Origin: a virus
Taxonomy: Duplodnaviria > Caudoviricetes
Virus record (IMG/VR): IMGVR_UViG_3300005512_000312
Span: 1-24,733 of that record
Strand: one strand, 5' to 3'
DNA: 24,733 bases
In this document: positions 8,747-14,520 of the stretch, piece by piece
How the letters are laid out: every line of letters starts with the position of its first letter
Position numbering within the stretch: the first letter of the stretch is position 1
Program-made: the position numbers and the translations under genes
The notes under the pieces: model-generated
Databases searched by the model: none
Told to the model about the DNA's origin: nothing
What the model saw: the letters and a program-made list of their open reading frames with translations, nothing else

Positions 8747-8997
8747 CAATCATTCTCCCCTTTGGCGTAGTCCATGATAAAGCCGAGTTTCTCGCATAGT
8801 CCGATCACGTCCGCCGGCAATTCATATACGCCGTCATAGTCAACCAGAACGACGCCGTCAAACCACAGACCGCCGCTCCCCCCTTCATCACCTAACTCGG
8901 CATGTTCAAACCCAATCGGCGTCCCCTTTTCATCAAGGTATACCGTCCAGTCTTTCCGAGTTATGTAGCGATTCAAAATGCTTTCAACGATTTTCAT
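8746..8997 (-). CDS. Phage hypothetical protein (83 aa)
   Basis: MKIVESILNRY...GLWFDGVVLVDYDGVYELPADV; start probably 8997 (alternative 9012). Confidence 0.75.
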   Translation of the reverse strand: MKIVESILNRYITRKDWTVYLDEKGTPIGFEHAELGDEGGSGGLWFDGVVLVDYDGVYELPADVIGLCEKLGFIMDYAKGEND

Positions 8998-9127
8998 CCA
9001 ATCCCGCCTCATTGATGTCCACGTTTTCGATCTTTACCCAAATACAACCGTCTTCATCAAAAACTTCAATCAATTCAGCGTCTAAATCGATTTCGGCTAA
9101 AGCGTCAAATATTTCTTCAATGGTCAT
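8984..9127 (-). CDS. Small acidic protein (47 aa)
   Basis: Below cutoff: MTIEEIFDALAEIDLDAELIEVFDEDGCIWVKIENVDINEAGLDENR. GGAGG RBS and TAATG coupling to the upstream gene. Confidence 0.7.
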   Translation of the reverse strand: MTIEEIFDALAEIDLDAELIEVFDEDGCIWVKIENVDINEAGLDENR

Positions 9128-9561
9128 TACAGAATCCTCCCGTCTTCAAGGAACAAGTGTTCATTCATAGACAAGAAATCCTCGAGACCTTCATCGGAAT
9201 ACCGAAACTCCCCGCAGTCGTGACAGACCTTGAGAACAACAGATTCAAGCTCGAGGTGTTGCGCGCTTTTGATCACACAATAATCAGACCACATGCCTGT
9301 CAAAGGACAATCGTCTGCATTGAGTTTGTTCAAGAGGGATTGATTGAAACCGCTAACGCGGATGAATTCGCCGCGGTCGGGGACACTTGAGATTGAATAA
9401 TCCAACGTGCCATCAATGTGATCTGCCAAAGCCTTGAGCGACTGAACAATGTCTTCAAGGTCTACGTCCGCCAAATCGTGCCAGTTGTCCCGCACCCATT
9501 CAAAGACGGCTTCTTTGTTTGGGTGCGAGTCGATTGTGTAAGCCTTTAGTGTGAGTTGCAT
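9127..9561 (-). CDS. Conserved phage hypothetical protein (144 aa)
   Basis: CPLTG and YSDE...NE..F.EDG motifs; ATG at 9561 coupled to the upstream stop. Confidence 0.8.
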   Translation of the reverse strand: MQLTLKAYTIDSHPNKEAVFEWVRDNWHDLADVDLEDIVQSLKALADHIDGTLDYSISSVPDRGEFIRVSGFNQSLLNKLNADDCPLTGMWSDYCVIKSAQHLELESVVLKVCHDCGEFRYSDEGLEDFLSMNEHLFLEDGRIL

Positions 9562-9773
9562 CACAGAAACTCCCAATCAATAGCCGAATCAATCACGTCC
9601 CAGTTGATGCCGTAATTAGCATCAAAGTCGTGACAGATTCTTTCCATAATTGATTCGATCTGATCCATAGTCAGATCAGAATGACCCATCGCTTCCGCCC
9701 GTTCGCGGATGTCGTCTGGATACCAAAGGTCTTCAATGACTAGCGTGCCATTGCGTTTAACTAATTTACTCAT
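9561..9773 (-). CDS. Acidic phage hypothetical protein (70 aa)
   Basis: ATG at 9773 after CAACTACGGGAGG; DFDANYGINWDVI motif. Confidence 0.8.
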   Translation of the reverse strand: MSKLVKRNGTLVIEDLWYPDDIRERAEAMGHSDLTMDQIESIMERICHDFDANYGINWDVIDSAIDWEFL

Positions 9774-9807
9774 CGCCAATTCCTCCCGTAGTTGTTAGCG
9801 AATTTGC

Positions 9808-9836
9808 AGACTATGCGATTAACGCAAAGAAATCAA
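9808..9836 (-). promoter_or_regulatory. Sigma70-like promoter with operator motif
   Basis: TTGATT-N17-TAGTCT; TATGCGATTAACGCAA at 9812-9827. Confidence 0.65.
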
Positions 9837-10280
9837 CCCCCAAAGTTTTTTCCAGTCAACAGGAAACCCGCTACGGAATACCGGATCTACCTTGGTGATT
9901 CCCTCCATCTTCAGATCCAAAGCGTCTTTACCTTTGTAAAGCAGGACTTCCGGTTCTGAGTTCTTAGGCTGTCTTTTGATAAGCACCCAAGTAGAAGCAT
10001 GACTATGAGTGTTGAGGAAGGCGACTTGATGCGGCCGCAAGTCCACGGTATTTCCCCGAGTAACTTTCAGTTCAATTAAGTGGAAGCGGCCTTGATCGTC
10101 ACAAACAAGAAGGTCGGGTATCCCTGCGGTCAGCCAAGTTTCCAACCGCGTCAGGATTATCTTTTGATCAAGCTTCTTCGTCCCTTCCCGAATCTGCTTG
10201 TAGAAGTTGCTTTCCGTCGTATTCGTCTTCTTCTTGGTCGCTTCCTCCCACGGGAGTGACATCGACGATGCTTGACTCAT
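9819..10280 (-). CDS. PD-(D/E)xK nuclease (VRR-NUC / Holliday junction resolvase-like)
   Basis: ESNFY...GIPDLLV...LIELKV...LRPHQVAF catalytic pattern; start may be 10280 or 10262. Confidence 0.85.
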   Translation of the reverse strand: MSQASSMSLPWEEATKKKTNTTESNFYKQIREGTKKLDQKIILTRLETWLTAGIPDLLVCDDQGRFHLIELKVTRGNTVDLRPHQVAFLNTHSHASTWVLIKRQPKNSEPEVLLYKGKDALDLKMEGITKVDPVFRSGFPVDWKKLWGLISLR

Positions 10281-10758
10281 AACTCTTTCTCATTTCATCC
10301 AGTGCTTTCATGACTTCTTCTTTGCTCATTTGATCAATGGAGCCATGTCTAATTTCTGATTTATTTACATAGATATCGCCATGTGCTTGGCCACGCCGAT
10401 ATTCTGCTTGGACTGCCGCAGAGTAAGCCCCGTTCTGCAAAGCTTCATCTCGAATACGCTGAAGGTCTCGCAAATGCCGCTGAAAGTTCACACCATATTT
10501 AGCATCCAGTTCATCACGATATTCTTTGATCGCCGCTACAACGTGGGGACAATATTGAGGGTTGGTCATTTCATGCGCTCGAACATGTGCGCTTGCCGGT
10601 GGATAGCCGGCATTGATCGCCGCTTCACGCATGGTGATCTGGCCGTCATTGCTGACCAGTTCTTTCACAAACAGTTCTTGCTTCCGCGTGAGCTTTCTTT
10701 GTCTCAACTTATCCAGTTCAGCTTTATTCGCCACTGGATCTCTCTTAATTCTAGGCAT
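10168..10758 (-). CDS. terS: Terminase small subunit
   Basis: LTRKQELFVKELV...AAINAGYP..SA...PHVVAAI is the HTH pattern of the Terminase_2-like family; IDQMSKEEV tail. Confidence 0.85.
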   Translation of the reverse strand: MPRIKRDPVANKAELDKLRQRKLTRKQELFVKELVSNDGQITMREAAINAGYPPASAHVRAHEMTNPQYCPHVVAAIKEYRDELDAKYGVNFQRHLRDLQRIRDEALQNGAYSAAVQAEYRRGQAHGDIYVNKSEIRHGSIDQMSKEEVMKALDEMRKSYESSIVDVTPVGGSDQEEDEYDGKQLLQADSGRDEEA

Positions 10759-10888
10759 TGCCCCTCCGAACAGTAAATAGTCGTATCAGAGTTAAAATAT
10801 AGCCTTCTTTCTTATATAGATCAAAATTCAAAAGAAATATTTTTTTCATTTCCCCCCGCCTAACGCACTTTTGATTTATTGATTTCTT

Positions 10889-11049
10889 GGTTACATATTT
10901 GTAGTTACATGGTGTAACAGTTTATGTAACCACTGAAAGTCTTGCTATATAAGGGATAGAGCGGTTCGGTTACACGGTTACACCGGTTACGGCTATTTTT
11001 TGCAAATCTGGAACCTTCCTTTTTCTGAGCCATATAAGTAACGAGTAAC
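10889..11049. repeat. Non-coding GTTAC/GTAAC repeat cluster with dyad symmetry (origin- or pac-like)
   Basis: GTTAC at 10890, 10904, 10969, 10977, 10986; GTAAC at 10914, 10926, 11038, 11045. Confidence 0.7.
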
Positions 11050-11055
11050 TTAAAG

Positions 11056-11355
11056 CTATTTCATCCAAGGAAGCTTACCTTCTCGGTAGTCTTTCAACAT
11101 TGCCCGAACCGCTAGAACCCGCCGTATAGAAGGGTCGTACCGTGTTCCGCGATCCGCGGAGCGTGTTAATTGATACAACCATCCTGCCGAAACATTTTTG
11201 CCGTAGTGGTTACACACTGTGTCCGCGATTTCTTCAAAAGTGTTCTTTTTGACTAGTTCTTGAACACCGGTTCGTGTGCCGCGAATCATGGAATCTGCGC
11301 CACCGTCGTTGTCTTCTGGATTAAAAACGAGGTCGTTGAGTTCGTTGTGGGTCAT
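11056..11355 (-). CDS. Hypothetical protein, possible XRE-like HTH (99 aa)
   Basis: AGGAGG RBS; TFEEIA...VSAGWLYQL...DPSIRRV resembles an HTH followed by a P-S/T motif. Confidence 0.6.
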   Translation of the reverse strand: MTHNELNDLVFNPEDNDGGADSMIRGTRTGVQELVKKNTFEEIADTVCNHYGKNVSAGWLYQLTRSADRGTRYDPSIRRVLAVRAMLKDYREGKLPWMK

Positions 11356-11415
11356 ATAGCCTCCTATTTTTTATTATTTTAAATAAAACGTCGGAGGCTG
11401 TCGAGGATAAATAGA

Positions 11416-11754
11416 TTACGCGGCGCGTTCCATCTGCCGTTCCATTTTTTTCCTTAAAGAGGCGGCTTGATCTTTTTCCCATTGCAGATAACGCTCTTGA
11501 TCTGAGCAGGTGACCGTGAGCCACGCATCGTGATCCTTGGCCATTTCATTTTCGATCATGGGGTTTAGATTGTGGGACTTCATACCCAGTTCGAGTTCCA
11601 TTTTGTAGAGATTGGCTTCGGCGAGCCAGTCGAGGGCGAGTTCATGCTCGCCTTTCATCTCGTATTCTTCAGAAACAAATTTGCAGAAGTCGTAGCAGGA
11701 CTGTCCGGTCAGCAGACCGCAGTAGTCCCTGTGAAGTGTAGGTCGTTTTTCCAT
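11416..11754 (-). CDS. Hypothetical protein (112 aa)
   Basis: ATG preceded by the AACTACGGGA leader. Confidence 0.75.
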   Translation of the reverse strand: MEKRPTLHRDYCGLLTGQSCYDFCKFVSEEYEMKGEHELALDWLAEANLYKMELELGMKSHNLNPMIENEMAKDHDAWLTVTCSDQERYLQWEKDQAASLRKKMERQMERAA

Positions 11755-11767
11755 CGGTTGATGTCCC

Positions 11768-11817
11768 GTAGTTTAAAAATTACAGTTTGTACAACAGAGT
11801 TGTAGCTTTTAGGCTAC
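11768..11817. promoter_or_regulatory. Pair of 16-bp palindromic operators (GTAGYTT-NN-ARRYTAC)
   Basis: GTAGTTTAAAAATTAC at 11768-11783 and GTAGCTTTTAGGCTAC at 11802-11817. Confidence 0.7.
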
Positions 11818-11847
11818 AACCCGTTGCGTTTATTGCGTTTACTTCGT

Positions 11848-12024
11848 TTAGCTCCGAGGTTCTTTGGGTCTAAACATGTTGTGTGGGTCGATGTTTTTCA
11901 TCATCGACTCATGGAACATTTTAACATAGGCGTTGTATGCTTCGAGGGCGAATTCGTTTTGTTTTTCTGAGGGGACAAACAAGGCTTGGAATTCCTCTGG
12001 GGTCATATCAATTGTGATCTTCAT
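11848..12024 (-). CDS. Small hypothetical protein (58 aa)
   Basis: Below cutoff: MKITIDMTPEEFQALFVPSEKQNEFALEAYNAYVKMFHESMMKNIDPHNMFRPKEPRS; GGAG RBS, TAATG coupling. Confidence 0.75.
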   Translation of the reverse strand: MKITIDMTPEEFQALFVPSEKQNEFALEAYNAYVKMFHESMMKNIDPHNMFRPKEPRS

Positions 12025-12308
12025 TATAAGTTCTCCGGTTCTGATCTGAAGTTGAGGTCGATCCGGTCGCTAATTGTCGGATCAACCATGATCAGCGGAT
12101 AGCTTTCCTCGGTCGTTAAGTCGTAGACATACACCGGCATGTCGTCGTCCACGACAGATGCCATTGCTTCTATCAGCTCTTGAACGGTTATTGGAGCTTG
12201 CATGGCTCCGAGACGTTCTTTCAATTCTGCAATTTCTTCCCGTAGGGCTTTGGTTTGCAGACGGAGTCGCTTCAGTTCGACGCGTTCGAGATCAGTCATT
12301 AGTGTCAT
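12024..12308 (-). CDS. Hypothetical protein with N-terminal coiled coil (~94 aa)
   Basis: Start moved to the ATG at 12308 (GGGAG RBS, ATGA overlap with the upstream gene). Confidence 0.75.
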   Translation of the reverse strand: MTLMTDLERVELKRLRLQTKALREEIAELKERLGAMQAPITVQELIEAMASVVDDDMPVYVYDLTTEESYPLIMVDPTISDRIDLNFRSEPENL

Positions 12309-12571
12309 TGTCGAATCTCCCGTGGGTTGAACTCTGCTTTGAGTTTTTGCAAGGCTGTGGTTAGACGGACGATATCGTCGAGCGTTAAAGGGTGGTAGCC
12401 GTGGCATACACCATCAATCAACGATTCATGCACCTGATCCAACACCTTCATGGTTTCATCAAGGGCGTCTACGCAAGATTTTGGTAGCCGTGTTTCGCGG
12501 ATCGAGGCCACTCGCTTGTTATGCTTGGCCACCATTTCGTTGTGCTTTTCAACCCATTCATTCTGGTTCAT
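12305..12571 (-). CDS. Hypothetical protein (88 aa)
   Basis: Leader CAACTACACGGGAG and its own promoter. Confidence 0.8.
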   Translation of the reverse strand: MNQNEWVEKHNEMVAKHNKRVASIRETRLPKSCVDALDETMKVLDQVHESLIDGVCHGYHPLTLDDIVRLTTALQKLKAEFNPREIRQ

Positions 12572-12600
12572 TTCGGTTCTCCCGTGTAGTTGAGATTTAG

Positions 12601-12629
12601 AAGGTAATCGTTTATCGCATACATGTCAA
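12601..12629 (-). promoter_or_regulatory. Sigma70-like promoter with an inverted operator motif in the spacer
   Basis: TTGACA-N17-TACCTT; spacer contains TATGCGATAAACG on the minus strand. Confidence 0.7.
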
Positions 12630-12640
12630 CACCCCAGATG

Positions 12641-12703
12641 AAAAAAAGCCCCGAAAGTCATAGGGAACTAACGGGGCTTTGGAGTCAACTACGGGAATAG
12701 TTG
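12641..12703 (-). ncRNA. Putative ~63-nt antisense sRNA (two hairpins, ending in an intrinsic terminator)
   Basis: CAACUA-UUCCCG-UAGUUG-ACUCC-AAAGCCCCG-(18-nt loop)-CGGGGCUUUUUUU. Upstream TTGCAC-N16-TATAGT (12736-12709). UCCCGUAGUUG is complementary to the leader shared by many genes in this window. Confidence 0.6.
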
Positions 12704-12709
12704 TGCAAA

Positions 12710-12928
12710 CTATATCGCTTTATGAGAATTGTGCAAACGTTTTTCGATAACCTTTCGTTCGTTCTCTCTGGCAATCTCACCCACAAGGCGCGCAAATTCT
12801 GTCAGCTCTTCCAGATTTGCAATGTAGCCACGGCATCCGTTCCGCAGGGCGAGTAATGTTCTGTCTTCATCCTTGACGATACCGGCCTTAACGGCCAAGT
12901 CATGGACGATCTGTGCTTTTTTGTCCAC
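12710..12928 (-). CDS. Hypothetical protein (72 aa)
   Basis: ORF tiling with neighbours; GTG start. Confidence 0.65.
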   Translation of the reverse strand: MDKKAQIVHDLAVKAGIVKDEDRTLLALRNGCRGYIANLEELTEFARLVGEIARENERKVIEKRLHNSHKAI

Positions 12929-13118
12929 TGGTATCTATAACGGTCATTCGGCATTGAAAACAATACCGCTTAGTAGAACCGTGATCCGTGATCCGCGTAA
13001 GGTCTCCCATGCAACGCGGGCATTGATTGTTCCGCAGTCGTTCACCGACGGCGTCACTCAATTCGTTTTCTAGCGGTTGTGGATTAAGATCCAGTTGTTC
13101 CTCACTCTTTATCGTCAT
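12900..13118 (-). CDS. Zinc-ribbon protein (72 aa)
   Basis: CPRC...CFQC. Confidence 0.75.
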   Translation of the reverse strand: MTIKSEEQLDLNPQPLENELSDAVGERLRNNQCPRCMGDLTRITDHGSTKRYCFQCRMTVIDTSGQKSTDRP

Positions 13119-13362
13119 CGGTCAGGTCTTTCAGGATGGTTTCAATTTCTTCGGCATCGACTGGCGCGTACAACGCTTCAATTTCTTCGGGCAGTACAAC
13201 CATCAACTGCTCGTCTGAATCGATGGCGTATCCCATTGCACGCAAGAAGTGAGTCAATTCGTACAGCATCGCGTCCAATCCCAACTGTTCGTCGATAACG
13301 AATTGAACACTGCGTAGGCCTTTATTATTGCCGTTTTGGCGAGTGTAATTAAGGGTAATCAT
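13102..13362 (-). CDS. Acidic hypothetical protein (86 aa)
   Basis: AGGAG RBS; FLRAMGY motif common in small phage proteins. Confidence 0.75.
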   Translation of the reverse strand: MITLNYTRQNGNNKGLRSVQFVIDEQLGLDAMLYELTHFLRAMGYAIDSDEQLMVVLPEEIEALYAPVDAEEIETILKDLTDDDKE

Positions 13363-13526
13363 GTGTGCTTCTCCTGTTTTTCAATTTCACGAAGTTCGAG
13401 TTCGAGCCAAATTGCTTTGTCCTCGAGTTCGTATGCGCGTTTCATTTTCTTTCGAGCGTAAGCGCTCAGCATTTTGACGTGTGTGCGTAGTAATTTTTTG
13501 CGGATTTTAGTAACAAATTTGTTCAT
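13359..13526 (-). CDS. Small basic helical protein (55 aa)
   Basis: Below cutoff: MNKFVTKIRKKLLRTHVKMLSAYARKKMKRAYELEDKAIWLELELREIEKQEKHT; ATGA overlaps at both ends. Confidence 0.7.
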   Translation of the reverse strand: MNKFVTKIRKKLLRTHVKMLSAYARKKMKRAYELEDKAIWLELELREIEKQEKHT

Positions 13527-13624
13527 AACGGTACGAATCCAAAAAACGTATAATGGAAAACATATATTAGCCCGATTATTAAAGGCATTAACCAGATTAG
13601 ATCAGGATCGAATTGCGGTTTCAT
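13523..13624 (-). CDS. Small membrane protein (33 aa)
   Basis: Below cutoff: MKPQFDPDLIWLMPLIIGLIYVFHYTFFGFVPL; fills the gap exactly, with an ATGA overlap downstream. Confidence 0.6.
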   Translation of the reverse strand: MKPQFDPDLIWLMPLIIGLIYVFHYTFFGFVPL

Positions 13625-13814
13625 GACGTTCCATTCCCGTCTTGAGCGCGTCGTTAAGTAAAACAATGAGTTGCCACTTATAGTTGTACTCAAATTCTTC
13701 GACGATAATGAGTTCGGGGTTTTCAGATTCGAGTTTGTATTTCCGAATGCGTGGAGGGGAATCGGCGTAAAACTGTGCGTCAGTTCCGTTGTCTGTAATT
13801 CTGTAAACTTTCAT
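13602..13814 (-). CDS. Hypothetical protein (70 aa)
   Basis: AACTACGGGAG leader. Confidence 0.75.
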   Translation of the reverse strand: MKVYRITDNGTDAQFYADSPPRIRKYKLESENPELIIVEEFEYNYKWQLIVLLNDALKTGMERHETAIRS

Positions 13815-13838
13815 TGAACTTCTCCCGTAGTTCCGTGA

Positions 13839-14036
13839 TCAATCGTATACGTTCATCCGACGTGGATCTTTCTTTGGGTTATACGAATGCTTTTTGTCAT
13901 AACCTTTATCAATATAGGTTTCAAAAATCAGTCGCAGTTGTCCAGAAATTGTTCGGCCTTCAGTTTGCGCGATTTCTTTAATGTCTTCATACACATCACG
14001 AGGCACGAGGACGCTTTTCCAACGTTGGGTATCCAT
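13839..14036 (-). CDS. Ribbon-helix-helix (Arc/CopG-like) DNA-binding protein
   Basis: KSVLVPRDVYEDIKEIAQTEGRTISGQLRLIF fits the beta-helix-G-x-S/T-helix pattern; AGGAG RBS. Confidence 0.75.
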   Translation of the reverse strand: MDTQRWKSVLVPRDVYEDIKEIAQTEGRTISGQLRLIFETYIDKGYDKKHSYNPKKDPRRMNVYD

Positions 14037-14059
14037 AAAACTCTCCTAAGATATCTGCG

Positions 14060-14088
14060 ATTATATGCGAACCTATGGGAACATACAA
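14060..14088 (-). promoter_or_regulatory. Sigma70-like promoter of the RHH gene, with tandem TATGSGA sites
   Basis: TTGTAT-N17-TATAAT; TATGCGA at 14064-14070 and TATGGGA at 14074-14080. Confidence 0.7.
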
Positions 14089-14099
14089 GATTTATGCAT

Positions 14100-14122
14100 A
14101 AAAAAGCCGCCCGAAGGCGGCT
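14100..14122 (-). terminator. Intrinsic terminator (UUCG tetraloop)
   Basis: AAAAAAGCCGCCCGAAGGCGGC, identical to 14421-14442. Confidence 0.85.
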
Positions 14123-14143
14123 CTAAGATCCTGGGATTATTTT

Positions 14144-14341
14144 TTAAAAAGTTACCAGTTTTTCTCCTGCATACAGTTGAGCTTTACCGGCTTCATACTT
14201 CTTAACCTGTTGAATAGCTTCCAAGGCGCTTAAATACTTTCTCTTCAGCGGCGGAAATTTATACTCTTTCTCCGCGATGAAGGTGTAAGTTCCTGTTTTT
14301 TTATCAAATTTAAGAAAAGGACTTTCTAACTTTACGTTCAT
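14144..14341 (-). CDS. Hypothetical protein (65 aa), AT-rich moron-like cassette
   Basis: Leader CAACTATGGGAG; flanked by two identical terminators. Confidence 0.7.
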   Translation of the reverse strand: MNVKLESPFLKFDKKTGTYTFIAEKEYKFPPLKRKYLSALEAIQQVKKYEAGKAQLYAGEKLVTF

Positions 14342-14420
14342 TTCGTTTCTCCCATAGTTGTGAAATGAATCTGAAGTGTAACGGATTTGACAAACTAGTA
14401 TATTAATACTTTAGTCTAAT

Positions 14421-14442
14421 AAAAAAGCCGCCCGAAGGCGGC
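14421..14442 (-). terminator. Intrinsic terminator downstream of the DNA polymerase gene
   Basis: Same sequence as 14100-14121. Confidence 0.85.
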
Positions 14443-14483
14443 AATCATCAAGGGAGTCAAATGAAATCGAAGCAGTAGCTTGC

Positions 14484-14520
14484 GTAGTTTTTAAACTACA
14501 GGTAGTAGCTTAAAAGCTAC
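14484..14520. promoter_or_regulatory. Second pair of 16-bp palindromic operators
   Basis: GTAGTTTTTAAACTAC at 14484-14499 and GTAGCTTAAAAGCTAC at 14505-14520; half-site GTAGCTT at 14475. Confidence 0.7.

Noticed and set aside
12686-12750. Plus-strand gene using the inverted AACTACGGGA as its RBS
   Set aside because: Only short frames of about 15 codons follow, antisense to a real gene, and the adjacent terminator's longer U-tract is on the minus strand.
14387-14415. Plus-strand promoter from the TTGACA at 14387
   Set aside because: No acceptable -10 box at 16-18 bp spacing.
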